64,000 bases of DNA, from the NCBI RefSeq assembly GCF_009914755.1, contig NC_060947.1; one strand, 5' to 3'. The stretch comes from the human T2T-CHM13v2.0 reference genome, Homo sapiens. Under the pieces are notes generated by a model, which ran no database searches, was not told the DNA's origin, and was given only the letters and a program-made list of their open reading frames with translations. A program made the translations under genes and the position numbers. This document shows, piece by piece, positions 53,001 to 64,000 of this stretch (within the stretch, counting starts at the first letter, position 1; each line of letters begins with the position of its first letter).

Positions 53001-56000
53001 CTTTTCCAACACAGTCCTCCAAGCCCGCTAAATATCCACTTGCACATTTTAGAAAAAGTGTGTCGAAGCTGCGCTATCAAAGGGAAAGTTCAACTCTGTG
53101 AGGTGAATGCAAACATCCCAAAGAAGTTTCTGAGAATGCTTCCGTTTAGCTTTAAGTGAAGATTATCCCGTTTCCAACGAAATCTTCAAAGAGGTCCAAA
53201 TATCCCCTTGCGGATCCCACAGAAAGAGTGTTTCGAAACTGCTGTTTCAAAAGGAATCTTCAACTCTGTGAGTTGAATGCAATCATCACAAAGAAGTTTC
53301 TGACAATGCTTCTCTCTCGTCTTTCTGTGAAGATAAAGGAAAAGGCTTTCAGGCCATTTGCACCACAGGCCTGAAAGCGCTCCAAATGTCCACTTGCAGA
53401 TTCTGCCAAAAGAATATTTCAAAACTGCTCTATGAAAAGCAATGTTAAACTCTGCGGCTCGAACACAAACATCACAAAGCAGTTTCTGAGAATGCTTCAG
53501 TTTAGTTTTTCTGTGGAAATATTCCCGTTTCCAAAGAAATCTTCAAAGAGGTCCACGCATCCACTTACAGATTCTACAAAAAGACAGTTTCAAAACTGCT
53601 CAATCAAAAGGAGGGTTCAACTGTGTGACTTGAATGCATTCATCACTCAGAAGTTTCTGAGAACGCTTCTCTTTAGTTTTTACGTGAACATATACCCGTT
53701 TCGAACGAAGGCCAGCCAGTGGTCCAAATATCCACTTGCAGATTCTACAGAAAGAGTGTTTTGAACCTGAACTCTCAAAGGCAGGTTCATCTCTGCGAGT
53801 TAAATGCATTCATCATGAAGAACTTTCTCAGCGTGTTTGTGTTTAGTTATGGGAAATTATTCCCGTTTCCAACGAAATCCTCAGAGAGCTCCAAATATCC
53901 ACCTGCAGATTCTACCAAAAGTGTATTTGGAAACTGCTCCATGAAAAGGCATGTTCAGCTCTGTGAGTGAAACTCCGTCATCACAAAGAATATTCTGAGA
54001 ATGCTTCCGTTTGCCTTTTATATGAAGTTCCTTCCTATACTACCGTAGGCCTCAAAGCAGTCCAAATCTCCATTTGCAGATTCTACAAAAAGAGTGATTC
54101 CAATCTGCTCTATCAATAGGATTGTTCAACTCCATGAGTTGAATGCCATCCTCACAAAGTAGTTTCTGAGAATGCTTCTATGTAGTTTTTAAGTGAAGAT
54201 ATTTCCTTTTCCACCACAGGCCTCAAAGCCCTCCAAACGTCCACTTGCAGATTCCCGAAAAAGAGTGTTTCATAGCTGCTCTTTCAAAAGGAAAGTTCAA
54301 CTCTGGGAGTTGAATACAAACATCACAAAGTAGTTTCCGAGAATGCTTCTGTTTAGTTCTTATGTGAAGATGATCCCGTTTCCAGTGAAATCTTCAAAGA
54401 GGTCCACATATCCCCTTGCAGATTCCAAAGAAAGAGGGTTTCAAAACTGCTCCATCAAAAGGATTGTTCAACTCTGTGAGTTGAATGCAGTCATCGCAGA
54501 AAACTTTCTGAGAATGCTTCTGTCTAGGTTTGATGTGAAGATATAGACGTTTCAAACGAAGGCTACAAAGTGGTCAAAATATACACTTGCAGATTCTACT
54601 ACAAGGGTGTTGCAAACCTCAACTATCAAAGGAAGGTTCAACTCTGTGAGACGAATGCAAACATCACAAAGAATGTTCTGAGTTTGCTTCCGTTCAGTTA
54701 TGGGAAGTTGATCCCGTTTCCAACGAAATCCTCAGAGAGGTCCAAATATCCCCTTGCGGATTCTACAAAACGTGTGTTTGGAAACTGCTCCATCATAACG
54801 AATGTTCAGCTCTCTGAGTTAAACTCCATCGTCACAAAGAATTTTCTGAGAGTGCTACCGTCTACTTTTTATATGAAGTTCTTTCCTTTACTACCACAGG
54901 CCTCAAAGCGGTCCAAATCTCCACTTGCAGATTCTACAAAAAGAGTGTTTGCAAATTGCTCTATCAAAAGGAATGTTCAACTCTGGGAGTTGAATGCAAT
55001 CATCACAGAGCAGTTTCTGAGAATGCTTCTATGTCGTTTTTAGGAGAAGATATTTCCTTTTCCAACACAGTCCTCCAAGCCCGCTAAATATCCACTTGCA
55101 CATTGTAGAAAAAGTGTGTCGAAGCTGCGCTATCAAAGGGAAAGTTCAACTCTGTGAGGTGAATGCAAACATCCCAAAGAAGTTTCTGAGAATGCTTCCG
55201 TTTAGCTTTAAGTGAAGATTATCCCGTTTCCAACGAAATCTTCAAAGAGGTCCAAATATCCCCTTGCGGATCCCACAGAAAGAGTGTTTCGAAACTGCTG
55301 TTTCAAAAGGAATCTTCAACTCTGTGAGTTGAATGCAATCATCACAAAGAAGTTTCTGACAATGCTTCTCTCTCGTCTTTCTGTGAAGATAAAGGAAAAG
55401 GCTTTCAGGCCATTTCCACCACAGGCCTGAAAGCGCTCCAAATGTCCACTTGCAGATTCTGCCAAAAGAATATTTCAAAACTGCTCTATGAAAAGCAATG
55501 TTAAACTCTGCGGCTCGAACACAAACATCACAAAGCAGTTTCTGAGAATGCTTCAGTTTAGTTTTTCTGTGGAAATATTCCCGTTTCCAAAGAAATCTTC
55601 AAAGAGGTCCACGCATCCACTTACAGATTCTACAAAAAGACAGTTTCAAAACTGCTCAATCAAAAGGAGGGTTCAACTGTGTGACTTGAATGCATTCATC
55701 ACTCAGAAGTTTCTGAGAACGCTTCTCTTTAGTTTTTACGTGAACATATACCCGTTTCGAACGAAGGCCAGCCAGTGGTCCAAATATCCACTTGCAGATT
55801 CTACAGAAAGAGTGTTTTGAACCTGAACTCTCAAAGGCAGGTTCATCTCTGCGAGTTAAATGCATTCATCATGAAGAACTTTCTCAGCGTGTTTGTGTTT
55901 AGTTATGGGAAATTATTCCCGTTTCCAACGAAATCCTCAGAGAGCTCCAAATATCCACCTGCAGATTCTACCAAAAGTGTATTTGGAAACTGCTCCATGA

Positions 56001-59000
56001 AAAGGCATGTTCAGCTCTGTGAGTGAAACTCCGTCATCACAAAGAATATTCTGAGAATGCTTCCGTTTGCCTTTTATATGAAGTTCCTTCCTATACTACC
56101 GTAGGCCTCAAAGCAGTCCAAATCTCCATTTGCAGATTCTACAAAAAGAGTGATTCCAATCTGCTCTATCAATAGGATTGTTCAACTCCATGAGTTGAAT
56201 GCCATCCTCACAAAGTAGTTTCTGAGAATGCTTCTATGTAGTTTTTATGTGAAGATATTTCCTTTTCCACCACAGGCCTCAAAGCCCTCCAAACGTCCAC
56301 TTGCAGATTCTCGAAAAAGAGTGTTTCATAGCTGCTCTTTCAAAAGGAAAGTTCAACTCTGGGAGTTGAATACAAACATCACAAAGTAGTTTCCGAGAAT
56401 GCTTCTGGTTAGTTCTTATGTGAAGATGATCCCGTTTCCAGTGAAATCTTCAAAGAGGTCCACATATCCCCTTGCAGATTCCAAAGAAAGAGGGTTTCAA
56501 AACTGCTCCATCAAAAGGATTGTTCAACTCTGTGAGTTGAATGCAGTCATCGCAGAAAACTTTCTGAGAATGCTTCTGTCTAGGTTTGAGGTGAAGATAT
56601 AGACGTTTCAAACGAAGGCTACAAAGTGGTCAACATATACACTTGCAGATTCTACTACAAGGGTGTTGCAAACCTCAACTATCAAAGGAAGGTTCAACTC
56701 TGTGAGATGAATGCAAACATCACAAAGAATGTTCTGAGTTTGCTTCCATTCAGTTATGGGAAGTTGATCCCGTTTCCAACGAAATCCTCAGAGAGGTCCA
56801 AATATCCCCTTGCAGATTCTACAAAACGTGTGTTTGGAAACTGCTCCATCATAACGAATGTTCAGCTCTCTGAGTTAAACTCCATCGTCACAAAGAATTT
56901 TCTGAGGGTGCTACCTTCTAGTTTTTATATGAAGTTCTTTCCTTTACTACCACAGGCCTCAAAGTGGTCCAAATCTCCACTTGCAGATTCTACAAAAAGA
57001 GTGTTTGCAAACTGCTCTATCAAAAGGAATGTTCAACTCTGGGAGTTGAATGCAATCATCACAGAGCAGTTTCTGAGAATGCTTCTATGTCGTTTTTAGG
57101 AGAAGATATTTCCTTTTCCAACACAGTCCTCCAAGCCCGCTAAATATCCACTTGCACATTGTAGAAAAAGTGTGTCGAAGCTGCGCTATCAAAGGGAAAG
57201 TTCAACTCTGTGAGGTGAATGCAAACATCCCAAAGAAGTTTCTGAGAATGCTTCCGTTTAGCTTTAAGTGAAGATTATCCCGTTTCCAACGAAATCTTCA
57301 AAGAGGTCCAAATATCCCCTTGCGGATCCCACAGAAAGAGTGTTTCGAAACTGCTGTTTCAAAAGGAATCTTCAACTCTGTGAGTTGAATGCAATCATCA
57401 CAAAGAAGTTTCTGACAATGCTTCTCTCTCGTCTTTCTGTGAAGATAAAGGAAAAGGCTTTCAGGCCATTTCCACCACAGGCCTGAAAGCGCTCCAAATG
57501 TCCACTTGCAGATTCTGCCAAAAGAATATTTCAAAACTGCTCTATGAAAAGCAATGTTAAACTCTGCGGCTCGAACACAAACATCACAAAGCAGTTTCTG
57601 AGAATGCTTCAGTTTAGTTTTTCTGTGGAAATATTCCCGTTTCCAAAGAAATCTTCAAAGAGGTCCACGCATCCACTTACAGATTCTACAAAAAGACAGT
57701 TTAAAAACTGCTCAATCAAAAGGAGGGTTCAACTGTGTGACTTGAATGCATTCATCACTCAGAAGTTTCTGAGAACGCTTCTCTTTAGTTTTTACGTGAA
57801 CATATACCCGTTTCGAATGAAGGCCAGCCAGTGGTCCAAATATCCACTTGCAGATTCTACAGAAAGAGTGTTTTGAACCTGAACTCTCAAAGGCAGGTTC
57901 ATCTCTGCGAGTTAAATGCATTCATCATGAAGAACTTTCTCAGCGTGTTTGTGTTTAGTTATGGGAAATTATTCCCGTTTCCAACGAAATCCTCAGAGAG
58001 CTCCAAATATCCACCTGCAGATTGTACCAAAAGTGTATTTGGAAACTGCTCCATGAAAAGGCATGTTCAGCTCTGTGAGTGAAACTCCGTCATCACAAAG
58101 AATATTCTGAGAATGCTTCCGTTTGCCTTTTATATGAAGTTCCTTCCTATACTACCGTAGGCCTCAAAGCAGTCCAAATCTCCATTTGCAGATTCTACAA
58201 AAAGAGTGATTCCAATCTGCTCTATCAATAGGATTGTTCAACTCCATGAGTTGAATGCCATCCTCACAAAGTAGTTTCTGAGAATGCTTCTATGTAGTTT
58301 TTATGTGAAGATATTTCCTTTTCCACCACAGGCCTCAAAGCCCTCCAAACGTCCACTTGCAGATTCCCGAAAAAGAGTGTTTCATAGCTGCTCTTTCAAA
58401 AGGAAAGTTCAACTCTGGGAGTTGAATACAAACATCACAAAGTAGTTTCCGAGAATGCTTCTGTTTAGTTCTTATGTGAAGATGATCCCGTTTCCAGTGA
58501 AATCTTCAAAGAGGTCCACATGTCCCCTTGCAGATTCCAAAAAAAGAGGGTTTCAAAACTGCTCCATCAAAAGGATTGTTCAACTCTGTGAGTTGAATGC
58601 AGTCATCGCAGAAAACTTTCTGAGAATGCTTCTGTCTAGGTTTGATGTGAAGATATAGACGTTTCAAACGAAGGCTACAAAGTGGTCAAAATATACACTT
58701 GCAGATTCTACTACAAGGGTGATGCAAACCTCAACTATCAAAGGAAGGTTCAACTCTGTGAGATGAATGCAAACATCACAAAGAATGTTCTGAGTTTGCT
58801 TCCGTTCAGTTATGGGAAGTTGATCCCGTTTCCAACGAAATCCTCAGAGAGGTCCAAATATCCCCTTGCAGATTCTACAAAACGTGTGTTTGGAAACTGC
58901 TCCATCATAACGAATGTTCAGCTCTCTGAGTTAAACTCCATCGTCACAAAGAATTTTCTGAGAGTGCTACCGTCTAGTTTTTATATGAAGTTCTTTCCTT

Positions 59001-62000
59001 TACTACCACAGGCCTCAAAGCGGTCCAAATCTCCACTTGCAGATTCTACAAAAAGAGTGTTTGCAAACTGCTCTATCAAAAGGAATGTTCAACTCTGGGA
59101 GTTGAATGCAATCATCACAGAGCAGTTTCTGAGAATGCTTCTATGTCGTTTTTAGGAGAAGATATTTCCTTTTCCAACACAGTCCTCCAAGCCCGCTAAA
59201 TATCCACTTGCACATTGTAGAAAAAGTGTGTCGAAGCTGCGCTATCAAAGGGAAAGTTCAACTCTGTGAGGTGAATGCAAACATCCCAAAGAAGTTTCTG
59301 AGAATGCTTCCGTTTAGCTTTAAGTGAAGATTATCCCGTTTCCAACGAAATCTTCAAAGAGGTCCAAATATCCCCTTGCGGATCCCACAGAAAGAGTGTT
59401 TCGAAACTGCTGTTTCAAAAGGAATCTTCAACTCTGTGAGTTGAATGCAATCATCACAAAGAAGTTTCTGACAATGCTTCTCTCTCGTCTTTCTGTGAAG
59501 ATAAAGGAAAAGGCTTTCAGGCCATTTCCACCACAGGCCTGAAAGCGCTCCAAATGTCCACTTGCAGATTCTGCCAAAAGAATATTTCAAAACTGCTCTA
59601 TGAAAAGCAATGTTAAACTCTGCGGCTCGAACACAAACATCACAAAGCAGTTTCTGAGAATGCTTCAGTTTAGTTTTTCTGTGGAAATATTCCCGTTTCC
59701 AAAGAAATCTTCAAAGAGGTCCACGCATCCACTTACAGATTCTACAAAAAGACAGTTTCAAAACTGCTCAATCAAAAGGAGGGTTCAACTGTGTGACTTG
59801 AATGCATTCATCACTCAGAAGTTTCTGAGAACGCTTCTCTTTAGTTTTTACGTGAACATATACCCGTTTCGAACGAAGGCCAGCCAGTGGTCCAAATATC
59901 CACTTGCAGATTCTACAGAAAGAGTGTTTTGAACCTGAACTCTCAAAGGCAGGTTCATCTCTGCGAGTTAAATGCATTCATCATGAAGAACTTTCTCAGC
60001 GTGTTTGTGTTTAGTTATGGGAAATTATTCCCGTTTCCAACGAAATCCTCAGAGAGCTCCAAATATCCACCTGCAGATTGTACCAAAAGTGTATTTGGAA
60101 ACTGCTCCATGAAAAGGCATGTTCAGCTCTGTGAGTGAAACTCCGTCATCACAAAGAATATTCTGAGAATGCTTCCGTTTGCCTTTTATATGAAGTTCCT
60201 TCCTATACTACCGTAGGCCTCAAAGCAGTCCAAATCTCCATTTGCAGATTCTACAAAAAGAGTGATTCCAATCTGCTCTATCAATAGGATTGTTCAACTC
60301 CATGAGTTGAATGCCATCCTCACAAAGTAGTTTCTGAGAATGCTTCTATGTAGTTTTTAAGTGAAGATATTTCCTTTTCCACCACAGGCCTCAAAGCCCT
60401 CCAAACGTCCACTTGCAGATTCCCGAAAAAGAGTGTTTCATAGCTGCTCTTTCAAAAGGAAAGTTCAACTCTGGGAGTTGAATACAAACATCACAAAGTA
60501 GTTTCCGAGAATGCTTCTGTTTAGTTCTTATGTGAAGATGATCCCGTTTCCAGTGAAATCTTCAAAGAGGTCCACATATCCCCTTGCAGATTCCAAAGAA
60601 AGAGGGTTTCAAAACTGCTCCATCAAAAGGATTGTTCAACTCTGTGAGTTGAATGCAGTCATCGCAGAAAACTTTCTGAGAATGCTTCTGTCTAGGTTTG
60701 ATGTGAAGATATAGACGTTTCAAACGAAGGCTACAAAGTGGTCAAAATATACACTTGCAGATTCTACTACAAGGGTGTTGCAAACCTCAACTATCAAAGG
60801 AAGGTTCAACTCTGTGAGACGAATGCAAACATCACAAAGAATGTTCTGAGTTTGCTTCCGTTCAGTTATGGGAAGTTGATCCCGTTTCCAACGAAATCCT
60901 CAGAGAGGTCCAAATATCCCCTTGCAGATTCTACAAAACGTGTGTTTGGAAACTGCTCCATCATAACGAATGTTCAGCTCTCTGAGTTAAACTCCATCGT
61001 CACAAAGAATTTTCTGAGAGTGCTACCGTCTACTTTTTATATGAAGTTCTTTCCTTTACTACCACAGGCCTCAAAGCGGTCCAAATCTCCACTTGCAGAT
61101 TCTACAAAAAGAGTGTTTGCAAATTGCTCTATCAAAAGGAATGTTCAACTCTGGGAGTTGAATGCAATCATCACAGAGCAGTTTCTGAGAATGCTTCTAT
61201 GTCGTTTTTAGGAGAAGATATTTCCTTTTCCAACACAGTCCTCCAAGCCCGCTAAATATCCACTTGCACATTGTAGAAAAAGTGTGTCGAAGCTGCGCTA
61301 TCAAAGGGAAAGTTCAACTCTGTGAGGTGAATGCAAACATCCCAAAGAAGTTTCTGAGAATGCTTCCGTTTAGCTTTAAGTGAAGATTATCCCGTTTCCA
61401 ACGAAATCTTCAAAGAGGTCCAAATATCCCCTTGCGGATCCCACAGAAAGAGTGTTTCGAAACTGCTGTTTCAAAAGGAATCTTCAACTCTGTGAGTTGA
61501 ATGCAATCATCACAAAGAAGTTTCTGACAATGCTTCTCTCTCGTCTTTCTGTGAAGATAAAGGAAAAGGCTTTCAGGCCATTTCCACCACAGGCCTGAAA
61601 GCGCTCCAAATGTCCACTTGCAGATTCTGCCAAAAGAATATTTCAAAACTGCTCTATGAAAAGCAATGTTAAACTCTGCGGCTCGAACACAAACATCACA
61701 AAGCAGTTTCTGAGAATGCTTCAGTTTAGTTTTTCTGTGGAAATATTCCCGTTTCCAAAGAAATCTTCAAAGAGGTCCATGCATCCACTTACAGATTCTA
61801 CAAAAAGACAGTTTCAAAACTGCTCAATCAAAAGGAGGGTTCAACTGTGTGACTTGAATGCATTCATCACTCAGAAGTTTCTGAGAACGCTTCTCTTTAG
61901 TTTTTACGTGAACATATACCCGTTTCGAACGAAGGCCAGCCAGTGGTCCAAATATCCACTTGCAGATTCTACAGAAAGAGTGTTTTGAACCTGAACTCTC

Positions 62001-64000
62001 AAAGGCAGGTTCATCTCTGCGAGTTAAATGCATTCATCATGAAGAACTTTCTCAGCGTGTTTGTGTTTAGTTATGGGAAATTATTCCCGTTTCCAACGAA
62101 ATCCTCAGAGAGCTCCAAATATCCACCTGCAGATTGTACCAAAAGTGTATTTGGAAACTGCTCCATGAAAAGGCATGTTCAGCTCTGTGAGTGAAACTCC
62201 GTCATCACAAAGAATATTCTGAGAATGCTTCCGTTTGCCTTTTATATGAAGTTCCTTCCTATACTACCGTAGGCCTCAAAGCAGTCCAAATCTCCATTTG
62301 CAGATTCTACAAAAAGAGTGATTCCAATCTGCTCTATCAATAGGATTGTTCAACTCCATGAGTTGAATGCCATCCTCACAAAGTAGTTTCTGAGAATGCT
62401 TCTATGTAGTTTTTATGTGAAGATATTTCCTTTTCCACCACAGGCCTCAAAGCCCTCCAAACGTCCACTTGCAGATTCTCGAAAAAGAGTGTTTCATAGC
62501 TGCTCTTTCAAAAGGAAAGTTCAACTCTGGGAGTTGAATACAAACATCACAAAGTAGTTTCCGAGAATGCTTCTGTTTAGTTCTTATGTGAAGATGATCC
62601 CGTTTCCAGTGAAATCTTCAAAGAGGTCCACATATCCCCTTGCAGATTCCAAAGAAAGAGGGTTTCAAAACTGCTCCATCAAAAGGATTGTTCAACTCTG
62701 TGAGTTGAATGCAGTCATCGCAGAAAACTTTCTGAGGATGCTTCTGTCTAGGTTTGATGTGAAGATATAGACGTTTCAAACGAAGGCTACAATGTGGTCA
62801 AAATATACACTTGCAGATTCTACTACAAGGGTGTTGCAAACCTCAACTATCAAAGGAAGGTTCAACTCTGTGAGATGAATGCAAACATCACAAAGAATGT
62901 TCTGAGTTTGCTTCCGTTCAGTTATGGGAAGTTGATCCCGTTTCCAACGAAATCCTCAGAGAGGTCCAAATATCCCCTTGCAGATTCTACAAAACGTGTG
63001 TTTGGAAACTGCTCCATCATAACGAATGTTCAGCTCTCTGAGTTAAACTCCATCGTCACAAAGAATTTTCTGAGAGTGCTACCGTCTACTTTTTATATGA
63101 AGTTCTTTCCTTTACTACCACAGGCCTCAAAGCGGTCCAAATCTCCACTTGCAGATTCTACAAAAAGAGTGTTTGCAAATTGCTCTATCAAAAGGAATGT
63201 TCAACTCTGGGAGTTGAATGCAATCATCACAGAGCAGTTTCTGAGAATGCTTCTATGTCGTTTTTAGGAGAAGATATTTCCTTTTCCAACACAGTCCTCC
63301 AAGCCCGCTAAATATCCACTTGCACATTGTAGAAAAAGTGTGTCGAAGCTGCGCTATCAAAGGGAAAGTTCAACTCTGTGAGGTGAATGCAAACATCCCA
63401 AAGAAGTTTCTGAGAATGCTTCCGTTTAGCTTTAAGTGAAGATTATCCCGTTTCCAACGAAATCTTCAAAGAGGTCCAAATATCCCCTTGCGGATCCCAC
63501 AGAAAGAGTGTTTCGAAACTGCTGTTTCAAAAGGAATCTTCAACTCTGTGAGTTGAATGCAATCATCACAAAGAAGTTTCTGACAATTCTTCTCTCTCGT
63601 CTTTCTGTGAAGATAAAGGAAAAGGCTTTCAGGCCATTTCCACCACAGGCCTGAAAGCGCTCCAAATGTCCACTTGCAGATTCTGCCAAAAGAATATTTC
63701 AAAACTGCTCTATGAAAAGCAATGTTAAACTCTGCGGCTCGAACACAAACATCACAAAGCAGTTTCTGAGAATGCTTCAGTTTAGTTTTTCTGTGGAAAT
63801 ATTCCCGTTTCCAAAGAAATCTTCAAAGAGGTCCACGCATCCACTTACAGATTCTACAAAAAGACAGTTTCAAAACTGCTCAATCAAAAGGAGGGTTCAA
63901 CTGTGTGACTTGAATGCATTCATCACTCAGAAGTTTCTGAGAACGCTTCTCTTTAGTTTTTACGTGAACATATACCCGTTTCGAACGAAGGCCAGCCAGT
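50001..64000. repeat. HOR haplotype block 4, homogeneous 2,056 bp units with an internal 3-HOR (6,168 bp) duplication
   Basis: All units from ~51,090 carry tagctttaagtg (1 bp deletion plus SNV), ggccattt, gcattcatcactc, gtgttttgaacc, gagagctcc, ctccatgaaa and ctccgtcatc. ORF variants recur at +6,168 (50231/56399, 52287/58455, 54570/60738). Confidence 0.85.

Larger units (their letters stand above)
1..64000. repeat. DXZ1: Centromeric alpha-satellite HOR array, ~31.1 tandem copies of a 12-monomer, ~2,057 bp HOR (human chrX DXZ1)
   Basis: Seen: homologous ORF starts recur at 1096, 3153, 5210, 7267, 9324, 11380 ... 62794, a period of 2,056-2,058 bp. Alphoid motifs (gtttctgagaatgcttc, ccacttgcagattc, gttcaactctgtgagttgaatgc) recur every ~171 bp. 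Established: a ~2.0 kb 12-mer cut once by BamHI and once by PstI is the DXZ1 HOR. Confidence 0.97.

Noticed and set aside
1-64000. CRISPR-like array or a novel repeat-encoded system
   Set aside because: There are no unique spacers and no associated genes. The sequence between conserved motifs is itself homologous alpha-satellite monomer repeating with the HOR period.
1-64000. L1/Alu insertions, inversions or HOR structural variants with altered monomer number
   Set aside because: The period stays within 2,056-2,058 bp for all 31 units in one orientation, with no poly-A tails, target-site duplications or non-alphoid sequence.
1-64000. Assigning the window to the active kinetochore (CENP-A / centromere dip region)
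   Set aside because: This is defined epigenetically and cannot be inferred from the sequence.

Overview
The whole 64 kb window is one uninterrupted, head-to-tail array of primate alpha-satellite DNA with about 31.1 copies of a 2,056-2,058 bp higher-order repeat (HOR) of 12 monomers (~171 bp each). The 2,057 bp 12-mer, one BamHI and one PstI site per unit, a 5+5+2 pentamer-derived (suprachromosomal family 3) layout and one 186 bp monomer identify it as the human X-chromosome centromeric array DXZ1. Each typical HOR has four CENP-B boxes matching the functional consensus, all on the minus strand. I see no genes, RNA genes, transposon insertions, inversions or monomer-number variants, and every ORF in the track is a translation artefact of the repeat. 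I found no evidence of a new protein-coding system. The real signal is array microevolution: distinct HOR haplotype blocks, nested 1-, 3- and 5-HOR duplications, chimeric junctions, repeated CENP-B box knockouts, a 7-substitution cluster in 51 bp, and a 15 bp insertion built from inverted copies of its own neighbouring sequence that can form two competing hairpins. All variant calls were made by eye and need confirmation by alignment.
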